32,000 nt of DNA, taken from positions 1,710,001 to 1,742,000 of the forward strand of contig JALDRA010000001.1 of the NCBI GenBank assembly GCA_031316235.1, given 5' to 3'. Positions 17,288 to 25,798 of this stretch are shown piece by piece. A model generated the notes under the pieces. It was not told the origin of the DNA and did no database searches. It worked only from the letters and a program-made list of their open reading frames with translations. Position 1 is the first letter of the stretch; every line of letters begins with the position of its first letter. Position numbers and translations under genes: made by a program. Source of the DNA: Candidatus Scalindua sp. GTDB lineage: Bacteria > Planctomycetota > Brocadiia > Brocadiales > Scalinduaceae.

Positions 17288-17875
17288 TCAGACCCCAACT
17301 TGAAATCTTACAAAACGGCTAATCCTGATGTTTTCACCCAGTTTTGCAATTGCACTTTTGAGTAAATCATTAATCGTCTGGTCACCATTTTTCACAAAAG
17401 GTTGTTCAAGAAGGCATTTTTCCCTATAAAAACTCTCAAGCTTACCCTCTATAATCTTTTCTCGCACGTCAGAAGGCTTGTCCTTGAACTCTTCCCGAAA
17501 AACCTCCCTTTGCTTTTCCACAATCTCCGGTTCAATATCGTCCCTGCCAACAGAAACAGGATCTGTAGCCGCTACCTGCATGCAGCAATCTTTGACAAAA
17601 TCAGTAAAAACATCATTGTTTGCGACAAAATCTGTTTCACACTTCACCTCAACCATAACACCTATCTTGCCAGTAGTGTGTATGTACGATCCTATTTTAC
17701 CCTCCGGAGTACCGCGAGAGTCTTTTTTTGCAGCCTTCGCAAGACCTTTTTCCCGCAATAGCTCTTCTGCGGCCGCAAAAACCCCATTTGATTTCTCAAG
17801 TGCTTTCTTGCAGTCCAAAACACCGGCACCAGTCTGTTCTCTTAATTTTTTTACACTTGCTGTATCTACTTTCAT
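17288..17875 (-). CDS. tsf: Elongation factor Ts (short, ~195-aa form)
   Basis: It has an N-terminal UBA-like VKKLREQTGAGVLDCKKALE and a core with IGVMVEVKCETDFVA. Confidence 0.93.
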   Translation of the reverse strand: MKVDTASVKKLREQTGAGVLDCKKALEKSNGVFAAAEELLREKGLAKAAKKDSRGTPEGKIGSYIHTTGKIGVMVEVKCETDFVANNDVFTDFVKDCCMQVAATDPVSVGRDDIEPEIVEKQREVFREEFKDKPSDVREKIIEGKLESFYREKCLLEQPFVKNGDQTINDLLKSAIAKLGENIRISRFVRFQVGV

Positions 17876-17971
17876 TGCACTAACCCCATAATTTATTACT
17901 CAAATTCAAACGAAAAGGCTTTCTCAGGAAATGATTTTTTCGAAGTTATTCACGGTGAACAAAGAAACAAC

Positions 17972-18697
17972 CTAGGTACTTTCTTGTAATACGGCGGTGT
18001 GCTCTCCTTCATCAACCGAAGGCTGTCCTTCTAAAATAGCCTCTGCAGCCTTATTCAGGAAGAGTCTTACAGACCTGATAGCATCATCATTCCCCGGCAC
18101 ACAGATATCTACCAAACCAGGATCGCAATCGGTATCTGTTAAACAGATTGTTGGAATCCCCATCTTCAAAGCCTCTTTTATCGCAATATGCTCCTTCTTA
18201 GGATCAACAACAACCAATACAGACGGTATCGTGTCCATCCCTCTAATTCCTTCAAGATTTTTATTAATTTTCTTTCTTTCACGGGTAAAGGAGGAGATCA
18301 TCTTTTTACTGTACGCATGAATCGAACCGCTGCTCTCCATCTCCTCTAATTCTTCCAGACGTTTTAAACGCTTACGGATCGTCTCAAAGTTTGTCAGTGT
18401 TCCGCCAAGCCATCTTTCACTGATATAATGCATATTACAACGTTTAGCTTCTGCAACAATTGCATCTTTTGCCTGCCACTTTGTACCGACAAAAAGAACG
18501 TTTTTATTAGCAGAGGAGATCTTTACCAAAAACTTGTATGCAGTAATCAGGCCCCTTACTGTTTCCTTTAAGTTTATTATGTGTATTAAGTTGCGTTTCC
18601 CGAAGATAAAGGGTTTCATCTTTGGATTCCAACGGCTAGTCCTGTGTCCAAAGTGAAAACCTGCATCAACCAGTTCTTGAATATTTAAAATTGACAA
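17972..18697 (-). CDS. rpsB: 30S ribosomal protein S2
   Basis: 241-aa ORF. AGFHFGHRTSRWNPKMKPFIFG ... LFVGTK ... RWLGGTLTNF are present. The start codon is TTG (18697-18695), with a GGAG SD 7 nt upstream. Confidence 0.95.
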   Translation of the reverse strand: MSILNIQELVDAGFHFGHRTSRWNPKMKPFIFGKRNLIHIINLKETVRGLITAYKFLVKISSANKNVLFVGTKWQAKDAIVAEAKRCNMHYISERWLGGTLTNFETIRKRLKRLEELEEMESSGSIHAYSKKMISSFTRERKKINKNLEGIRGMDTIPSVLVVVDPKKEHIAIKEALKMGIPTICLTDTDCDPGLVDICVPGNDDAIRSVRLFLNKAAEAILEGQPSVDEGEHTAVLQEST

Positions 18698-18738
18698 AAA
18701 AGAACTCCTTCAATCACATTTGTTAAAAAAGATTCATA

Positions 18739-18767
18739 GATATATAAAAAACGAGCACTAATGTCAA
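18739..18767 (-). promoter_or_regulatory. Sigma-70-like promoter upstream of rpsB
   Basis: The minus strand reads TTGACA (18767-18762), a 17-nt spacer, then TATATC (18744-18739). It lies in the 104-nt gap after the radical SAM gene, following a T-rich tract (TTTTGTTTTTTTT). Confidence 0.5.
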
Positions 18768-18801
18768 GCCTTTTTCATAGAAAAAAAACAAAAGCAGCCC
18801 T

Positions 18802-20031
18802 TTAACAGCCGACCAGAGACTCTACCTTTGGTATGCTTTCAAACTCTTCTATGGATATAGGCAATTTAGCATTATCAGGAATAGGATCTATGAACTTGCG
18901 CCGATATGACTTACTTTGCATGCGACAAGTTGGATGCCGTTTACTAAAATCTGGATGAGTAACCATTTTTTTCCAGATTGCCTGTATCGGCATATCTCGA
19001 ACATTACCAAAGTTTATGGGATTAAAATCACACGGATTAATATCTCCGTATGCAGTCATATAGAACTGAGACTGGGCACCGTAACAGCCAACTCCTTTCG
19101 GTGAATTAATCAAAGCCATTGCGTTCACACCCATGGGATGTTCCATTTCGTGATATTTCTTTGCCAGCGCTATAAGCTGTCTCCTATCCTCAGAGCCCAG
19201 TATCTTGGACGTATCCTTCAAAAAGCGACCTGAAGGTATACAATCAAATATTGTGACTTCTGAAAAACCTTGCTGCTGCGCCATCTTTAGCAGTTTCTCC
19301 ACGTTGCCATTCTTGATCCCCTCACTGGTGGCATACGTTGAAATTCCGGTCAGTATTCCTGCTTTCCTGCATCTTTCGGCACCCTCAAAAGCCTTCTCGA
19401 AACAACCCGGTACAACCCTGAACTCATTATGCAAACCAGGCTCACTGCTATCTATTGAAATATTAAGAGATGCCAGGCCTGCCTCAGCCAGCTTTTTGAC
19501 ATTTTCCTCTGTCAGCAGAAGCCCATTGGTAAAAATCATTGCTATAGCCTTTGATTTATCAACAAATTCAATGAGATCAAAGAGCTCTTTACGCAGTAAA
19601 GGTTCTCCGCCAACGTATATTACAAGGCTCGCCCCCAGATCCAAGGCCCCACTCACCACCGTCTTAATCTCTTCAACGGTGAGTTCCTTTTTCGTATGAT
19701 CAATAAATGGATCTGCACTGCAATGTATACACCGGCATTGACAGCTGTGAGTTATCGCCAGATTCGCGGTTACCGGAAAAGCCATTTTGGTAAGCATCAT
19801 CCTGAGCTTTCGAGTAAGGAAACGCATTCCCGCTTCACTCGGGAATGGTGGATTGTAAAGGTTATACACATGGCCACCATTTACTTTAGCTATCACCTTT
19901 AACTCGTTAAGTTTCCCAAAAAACTGATTAACATATGGCTGCATCATTTCACCCAATGCACCACCTGCATGCCCGACTATCTTATCCTTTTCAATTTTGG
20001 CATCTATATGCAAAAAGTCAAAAGTGGTCAT
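18802..20031 (-). CDS. Radical SAM protein with a Twitch/partial-SPASM-like C-terminal domain; specific function unknown
   Basis: 409-aa ORF. It has AITHSCQCRCIHCSA (CX3CX2C), a GGEPLL SAM-binding motif, and later GVGCYGAQSQFYMTAYGDINPC (C-X12-G-X4-C) plus a single further Cys (HPTCRMQ). About 95 aa precede the cluster motif. The ATG overlaps the stop of the upstream oxidoreductase (ATGA). Confidence 0.8.
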   Translation of the reverse strand: MTTFDFLHIDAKIEKDKIVGHAGGALGEMMQPYVNQFFGKLNELKVIAKVNGGHVYNLYNPPFPSEAGMRFLTRKLRMMLTKMAFPVTANLAITHSCQCRCIHCSADPFIDHTKKELTVEEIKTVVSGALDLGASLVIYVGGEPLLRKELFDLIEFVDKSKAIAMIFTNGLLLTEENVKKLAEAGLASLNISIDSSEPGLHNEFRVVPGCFEKAFEGAERCRKAGILTGISTYATSEGIKNGNVEKLLKMAQQQGFSEVTIFDCIPSGRFLKDTSKILGSEDRRQLIALAKKYHEMEHPMGVNAMALINSPKGVGCYGAQSQFYMTAYGDINPCDFNPINFGNVRDMPIQAIWKKMVTHPDFSKRHPTCRMQSKSYRRKFIDPIPDNAKLPISIEEFESIPKVESLVGC

Positions 20032-21068
20032 ACCTTACCCCCCGACTGATTTAAGTTTGATGATTTCAGGTTTTTTCTGATTTCGCCTTCTATAATTGTG
20101 GCAATCTTTATTGCCTTTATTCCCTCTTCTCCAGGCACAACCGAGTTTTCACTATTTCTTACGCACTTCACGAAAGATTCGAGCTCCTTCTTTAACGGTT
20201 CCTCATTGTCCATCTTAATCTTTTCTATTTTCAGTAAATCTCCAAAAACAAAATTTTTTAGATCTTTAATTGACGACACGTCAGTATCTTCAACATTTAT
20301 AGATTTAAGAGTTAGCTGAGGAGACTTTCTATAAATAATAGCTTCTTGTTTCTGATAATCAAGCGAAATATAGGAATCTTCTGAAAATAAACGGATTTTC
20401 CTCATCGGTACAAGAGATACCCGGCTGGCCGTAATGTTCGCCACACAGCCATTTTCAAATTGGATTCGTGCATTTGCGATATCTTCTCTATTCGATATAA
20501 CGTTAACGCCAACGGCATCTATCTTTTTTACCTTAGATTTTACCAATGATAGTATGATATCAATATCATGTATCATCAAATCCAGGACTACGCCAATATC
20601 AGCAGACCGAAAAGTAAAGGGGCTCAGCCTATGGCACTCAATAAATTTCAATGATGTATCAAGCTTCTTGATTGCCTGCAAAGCAGGATTAAATCTTTCA
20701 ATATAGCCTGCCTGCAGAACAGAGCCATGCTCCCTGCTTAACCTGATCAGATCTTCTGCTTCAGGAATAGTACCCGTCATAGGTTTTTCCACTAATATGT
20801 TAATACCATTACTGATTAATTCTTTGGCTATTTTATAATGATATTTAGTGGGAACCACAACACTGGCAGCATCTATTTCATTAATAATCTCTTTGCACGA
20901 ACGGTAATATTTTGTTTTGCAACGCTTAGCAACAGCCTCACCCTGCACACTGTCAGTATCAACCACACCGCAGAGATTGACTTCCGGCATGTCGGCATAG
21001 ATACGAGCGTGCTCTTTACCGATGTGACCAACTCCAATTACAGCTATATTTAATATTCTCTTGTCCAC
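20028..21068 (-). CDS. Gfo/Idh/MocA-family NAD(P)-dependent oxidoreductase (GnnA-like position next to lpxA)
   Basis: 346-aa ORF. It has an N-terminal Rossmann motif NIAVIGVGHIGKEH, an EKP motif (ILVEKPM), and a C-terminal alpha/beta domain typical of the family. Confidence 0.8.
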   Translation of the reverse strand: MDKRILNIAVIGVGHIGKEHARIYADMPEVNLCGVVDTDSVQGEAVAKRCKTKYYRSCKEIINEIDAASVVVPTKYHYKIAKELISNGINILVEKPMTGTIPEAEDLIRLSREHGSVLQAGYIERFNPALQAIKKLDTSLKFIECHRLSPFTFRSADIGVVLDLMIHDIDIILSLVKSKVKKIDAVGVNVISNREDIANARIQFENGCVANITASRVSLVPMRKIRLFSEDSYISLDYQKQEAIIYRKSPQLTLKSINVEDTDVSSIKDLKNFVFGDLLKIEKIKMDNEEPLKKELESFVKCVRNSENSVVPGEEGIKAIKIATIIEGEIRKNLKSSNLNQSGGKV

Positions 21069-21089
21069 TTATCTCTCTATTAATTCACC

Positions 21090-21899
21090 TTATACCGGCC
21101 TCAAAGACTCTCTGTGCCTTCCAGATTTCCCTTTATCAACATCTTTAAAAAATTTCACCAGCACCTCAATTTCCGGCAGCAAATTCTTTTGATTCTCTAA
21201 TTCAGCCAAAATCTGATTCCTGTTTAAGGTTTCGGAACGGAACAATTGCCTAAATGCATCCTTTATCGCGCTGATTAACTCCGTCGAAAAACCCGACCTT
21301 TCAAGACCAACAGTATTGACTTGCCGTACTTTGGCAGGATGCCCCTCAACAATCATATAGGGAGGAACATCCTGCACTATTCTTGTAAGCCCCCCTACGT
21401 ATGAATATTGCCCAATGGTTGCAAACGGTTGTATGGCAGCATATCCCATCAATTTTGCAAATTTTTCCACCTTTACATGGCCTCCCAGAAGGACACCATT
21501 GGCGAGCAGAACATTGTCTTTGATGATACAATCATGTGCTATGTGCGAACACGCCATAAAAAAATTGTTATCACCGATAAGGGTCTCACCGCCTCCTTTT
21601 ACTGTTCCTGTATTGACGGTAATGCACTCTCGAAAGATGTTATTGTTTCCAATTGTAAGCTTTGTCTGTTCACCCTGATACTTGAAATCCTGAGGTTCAG
21701 AACCAATCACCGAATAAGGGTAGACAACATTTTTCTCTCCAATTGAGGTATTACCCGTAATCGTGACATTATTTCTGACAACGCTGCCATCACCGATTTT
21801 CACCCTCTGATCAATTACCGAAAAAGGCCCTATCTCAACATCTCTGCCAATATCTGCTTCGGGGTGAATTATGGCTGTAGGATGTATCTTCATTTTCAA
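21090..21899 (-). CDS. lpxA: Acyl-ACP--UDP-N-acetylglucosamine O-acyltransferase
   Basis: 269-aa ORF. IHPTAIIHPEADIGRDVEIGPFSVI opens a run of hexapeptide repeats. The catalytic-region sequence SHIAHDC and a C-terminal helical domain are present. Confidence 0.92.
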   Translation of the reverse strand: MKMKIHPTAIIHPEADIGRDVEIGPFSVIDQRVKIGDGSVVRNNVTITGNTSIGEKNVVYPYSVIGSEPQDFKYQGEQTKLTIGNNNIFRECITVNTGTVKGGGETLIGDNNFFMACSHIAHDCIIKDNVLLANGVLLGGHVKVEKFAKLMGYAAIQPFATIGQYSYVGGLTRIVQDVPPYMIVEGHPAKVRQVNTVGLERSGFSTELISAIKDAFRQLFRSETLNRNQILAELENQKNLLPEIEVLVKFFKDVDKGKSGRHRESLRPV

Positions 21900-21914
21900 G
21901 AATTATACTTCTAC

Positions 21915-22787
21915 TTAATTATGTAACTGGTTTTTTGATATCTCTATAATCTTTTCTGCCATACGGGCATTGAGATAATGTCCCGATTTGGTAGCAATTA
22001 TGCGTGCATGCAGCACAAAATTCGTCAAATACAGGTCTCCGATAATGTCCAGAATCTTATGCCTGACACATTCATTGGGAAATCTCAGGGTAGCCGGTGT
22101 CATGGACAGCGGTTTTGTTACCGTACCATCCTCCTGGAGAACAAATGTATTATCGTCAGTAACACCTTTCCCCAGGCCCAGCCTTTTAAACTCTTCAACA
22201 GCCGTACTTAAGCCAAAAGTCCTCGCAGGTGCTATTTGGGTTACAAAATTTTGTTCTGTCATCTCTATCTCAAAACATTGCCGATTCAGGAATGAGCCAT
22301 TGAAATCGAGTATATACGATAACGACAGCCCTTTTTCATAAGGCAAAGCCACAATGCTTGCATCACCATCGCTCACCTCTAGTTTACTTTGCAAAAAAAA
22401 ATTCTTTTTAGGTTTTTCCAGATGGACGATACCCGCCCCTTTTAGCAAACGGGTGAACAGAAGCGAACTTCCATCACCGGCTGGAATCTCTTTCCCGCTT
22501 ACTTCAATTTCTATGTTATCAATGCCAAGACCCGCCAGAGCCGCCATCACGTGCTCAATGCATCTCACTCCGAAACCATCCTTTTGCAATGAAATATGGC
22601 GCTTGCATTCAGACACTGTTTCAATAGTCGCAGACATTCTTGGACGGCTTTCGATATCACTGCGAACAAAGAAAATACCTGTATCCTCAGAGGAAGGCTT
22701 AAAACACAGCCTGGCTTCTTCCCCCGTAAATAATCCAAAACCTGAATACTCTACAACCCTTGAAATTGTCCTCTGCTGGTTATTCAA
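21915..22787 (-). CDS. lpxC: UDP-3-O-acyl-N-acetylglucosamine deacetylase
   Basis: 290-aa ORF. IEHVMAAL (zinc His), HKILDIIGDL (His/Asp zinc ligands) and KSGH are present. It is a stand-alone LpxC, not fused to FabZ. Confidence 0.92.
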   Translation of the reverse strand: MNNQQRTISRVVEYSGFGLFTGEEARLCFKPSSEDTGIFFVRSDIESRPRMSATIETVSECKRHISLQKDGFGVRCIEHVMAALAGLGIDNIEIEVSGKEIPAGDGSSLLFTRLLKGAGIVHLEKPKKNFFLQSKLEVSDGDASIVALPYEKGLSLSYILDFNGSFLNRQCFEIEMTEQNFVTQIAPARTFGLSTAVEEFKRLGLGKGVTDDNTFVLQEDGTVTKPLSMTPATLRFPNECVRHKILDIIGDLYLTNFVLHARIIATKSGHYLNARMAEKIIEISKNQLHN

Positions 22788-22790
22788 TAC

Positions 22791-23402
22791 TTACTTCTTC
22801 TCCTTTGTTTTGCTATAGCTGGCATTAAGATTTTGTACCACCCTTGCAGTAATATCAACAGATTTTGAATGATAGAGGACCGTCCTTATCCCTATCTTAA
22901 ACTGCAGATCTGACATTTGACCACTCTTGAGTTCCGGCTCTTCTTTTTTTATGATAAGGTCGTATCCATCTTTTTTACCAATACTTTCAACTTCTTTTAC
23001 GACAATTCCATAGACCGTTTCAAAAAACTCTCTATATCTTTTCAGCAGCTGCCTCTCCGCAAACTTTGCGTACCCTTCAAGTTCTACATTTTTTCTCTCC
23101 AGCAATTCCTCATTTTTTCTCCTGGTTTCACTCCCCAAATCCAGCAGTTGTGTCTCTTCATCCAGATTTATCATCTCTTTTCTTTTCTGATTTATTTCAT
23201 TTTGTAATTCCTTTTCCAGGCCCTTTAATTCCTGGTCGAGATCTTTCCGTTTTTCATACTTTTCAAAGACACCGCTTATGTCAACAACCGCGACTTTCAA
23301 CTCCTTTGCTTCAGCATTCGCACCAACCTGACATAACAGCATACAACAATACAATAAACTTACAACAGCAACCCGCAATAAAAAAATTTTCATAGTAAAC
23401 AC
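22791..23402 (-). CDS. skp: OmpH/Skp-family periplasmic chaperone
   Basis: 203-aa ORF with a signal peptide followed by a long charged coiled-coil (KRKDLDQELKGLEKELQNEINQKRKEM...). It sits immediately downstream of bamA. Confidence 0.8.
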   Translation of the reverse strand: MFTMKIFLLRVAVVSLLYCCMLLCQVGANAEAKELKVAVVDISGVFEKYEKRKDLDQELKGLEKELQNEINQKRKEMINLDEETQLLDLGSETRRKNEELLERKNVELEGYAKFAERQLLKRYREFFETVYGIVVKEVESIGKKDGYDLIIKKEEPELKSGQMSDLQFKIGIRTVLYHSKSVDITARVVQNLNASYSKTKEKK

Positions 23403-23443
23403 ACCCTTTCCCAGTTTTTGGAGAATGAAAAAAGTTATTCTTA

Positions 23444-25795
23444 TTAAAGGCCAGACCCACCAAAATTAAACGTTATAGTCTGTGTATCATCTTCGCTTTT
23501 CCGTACTATGGGGATACCAAAGTCTACGGATATGATTGAATTTCCCAAAAAGGGCACACGCATTCGGACACCAAAACCAACCGAAGCACGCATGTTGTTC
23601 AAATTAATATCACTAATGTCATCATCGCTTTTACCTACATCAATAAAAAGCGCGCCTCTTGCCATATCAGTATATACCGGCATGGTGTATTCTACCGATC
23701 CAAGCAAAAGCACCTCACCACCAATTTGCTCTCCAGTCTCAGAATCAACGGTACCAACACCTCGAAAACTAAAACCTCGCAAAGAGCCAGACCCACCGGC
23801 AAAGAAGCGTTCAAAAATCGGAACCGGTTCATCGGTAGTATTTTCAACCAAACCAAACGTCCCTCCGAAGGAAATGATATGTTTACCCCACCCTGGAAAA
23901 TCAAAGAGTGTTTTATATTTTTTTGCACTCAATACAAATTTAATAATATCAACATCGAGACCGGCCACTTCAATGGAAGACTCTGCCTGATATCCCTTCG
24001 AAGGGACGAAACGATCGTCACGGGTATCGAGATCGGCACGCAGTTCGAGGGCTAACTTGGAACTGCTGCCCTCTATATCATCAACCGTTCCCGGCGCATT
24101 ACCATCGACGTTCTGTATGCCAATAACTTCATAACTTGGCGTAAGCCTGAGCGTTACCCCTCGCAGAACCTGCTTACCTACCGTGAGTTTCCCCCCCTTT
24201 CTTTCCTCATCATAATCTTCCCTGGCACGCCTGAAAATAAAGGAACTGAATCCCAGGTTGTATCCGGTGTCATAAACTGAGGGGTTCTGAAACGAAAACA
24301 GACCTTCGGTCCTTTGAAATCCAGGACTAAACCTTAACGTCACCACATGCCCTCCCCCTCGAAAGGCATTGCCAGAAGCAAAATCTTTCCAACTCTTGGG
24401 AAAATCAAATAAATCGAAGTTTTTATCTGTATACGAAACATCCGCAAACAGACCGACGTTAGCACCCAGACCTCCTCCAAAACGTAAAAGGCCAGTCCTC
24501 CCCTCCATGACTTCGACAAGAACATTTCTGGTATTCGGCATTGACCCTGGTTCATAGTCAATGTTTGTTGGAATACCAGACTCGTTATCAAAAAACCCGG
24601 TATTTACGAGCCGTTGCTGGCTAATACGGATTTTTTCAGTATCAAGTCGCTCACCTGGATAAAAAAGAAACTCTCTCCGTATGACATTATCCTTTGTCTT
24701 GTCATTGCCGGAAATGGAGATCTTTTCAATAAATATCCTCTCTTTTTCCTGAATATCGTAGATAATATCTACTTCCGGCTTATCCCTGCTATACTTATGA
24801 CTCACCTGTACTGCTGTATCAACGTACCCCTGTCTTCCATAAGAATTTCTAATTTTTTCTGAATCTTTCTGAAGGGCTTCAGGCAGAAAAGGGTCTCCTT
24901 TTTCCAATTCAAGAATCTCCCGAATTTCAGAATCAGTGAAAAGTTTATTTCCATTAATATCCGTTGCACCGACGTAGTAACGGTCTCCCTCGTCCACCAG
25001 GAGCTTGATAAACATCTGAGTCTTGTCAGGACTAAACTGTATCTCAGTTTTCACATCGGCATCCAACCAGCCACCGCTCCCGTAAAAAGCCTTGATTCTA
25101 TCTTTACCCTCATCAAGCTTCTCCTGATTAAAGATCCCGGGAAAAACTAAACGAGGAAACTTTCTCTTTTTGACCGGCAAGAGCTTCAGAAGTTTTTTTT
25201 CCATAAATGTGCTGTTGCCTTCAACTCGTATCTCCTTTATAAAAACTTTTGAGCCTTCTTTTACATGAAAGATTATGTCTACATAACCATCCGACTCTTC
25301 CTCGACACATACTACATCAGCAAAATGGAACCCTTTATCTCGGTAAAGGTCCCGGATTTTATCTTCACCGAATTTTTCCAGATATGATTTTAAATAATCA
25401 CCCTTTCTCAGTTCAATAACCGCCTCAAGACTATTTGTTGAAATTTCTCTATTGCCGACAATTGAAATATTTCGCACAACCGGCCTCTCGGTTACAAGAA
25501 AAACCAGTATTACCCCATCCTCAAAAGGTTCTATTTCAACCTCAATATTGTCAAAAAATCCCAGTGACCAGATTGCATCAACATCCTGACCTACGGATTG
25601 TGGATCATAGACATCACCGACCCTTATCTTTGTCGCCGCCTTTATTGATAGTTCACTTACCCTTTTGCAGCCCTTTACCTCAATTTTATTTATGATGAGC
25701 CTGTCTTCTGAAGACTCCTGAGCATTAAGCGCCAGGCAGGCAATCAGCAAAGAAAATGCTATCGTGACAGCAAAAATCGCGTATTTGCATAACAT
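23444..25795 (-). CDS. bamA: Outer membrane protein assembly factor BamA
   Basis: 783-aa ORF. It has a signal peptide and repeated POTRA-like segments (INKIEVKGCKRVS..., VRNISIVGNREIS..., IKEIRVEGNSTF..., IEKISISGNDKTKDNVIRREF). A C-terminal beta-barrel ends in an aromatic-rich strand (...TITFNFGGSGL). Confidence 0.93.
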   Translation of the reverse strand: MLCKYAIFAVTIAFSLLIACLALNAQESSEDRLIINKIEVKGCKRVSELSIKAATKIRVGDVYDPQSVGQDVDAIWSLGFFDNIEVEIEPFEDGVILVFLVTERPVVRNISIVGNREISTNSLEAVIELRKGDYLKSYLEKFGEDKIRDLYRDKGFHFADVVCVEEESDGYVDIIFHVKEGSKVFIKEIRVEGNSTFMEKKLLKLLPVKKRKFPRLVFPGIFNQEKLDEGKDRIKAFYGSGGWLDADVKTEIQFSPDKTQMFIKLLVDEGDRYYVGATDINGNKLFTDSEIREILELEKGDPFLPEALQKDSEKIRNSYGRQGYVDTAVQVSHKYSRDKPEVDIIYDIQEKERIFIEKISISGNDKTKDNVIRREFLFYPGERLDTEKIRISQQRLVNTGFFDNESGIPTNIDYEPGSMPNTRNVLVEVMEGRTGLLRFGGGLGANVGLFADVSYTDKNFDLFDFPKSWKDFASGNAFRGGGHVVTLRFSPGFQRTEGLFSFQNPSVYDTGYNLGFSSFIFRRAREDYDEERKGGKLTVGKQVLRGVTLRLTPSYEVIGIQNVDGNAPGTVDDIEGSSSKLALELRADLDTRDDRFVPSKGYQAESSIEVAGLDVDIIKFVLSAKKYKTLFDFPGWGKHIISFGGTFGLVENTTDEPVPIFERFFAGGSGSLRGFSFRGVGTVDSETGEQIGGEVLLLGSVEYTMPVYTDMARGALFIDVGKSDDDISDINLNNMRASVGFGVRMRVPFLGNSIISVDFGIPIVRKSEDDTQTITFNFGGSGL

Positions 25796-25798
25796 AGT

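Noticed and set aside
17402-24055. A series of 100-165-aa ORFs antisense to tsf, rpsB, the radical SAM gene, lpxA, lpxC, skp and bamA (e.g. 17478-17891, 19205-19699, 22354-22818, 23508-23990)
   Set aside because: Each lies wholly inside a strongly supported gene on the opposite strand. The translations are Ser/Pro/Phe-rich shadows without motifs.
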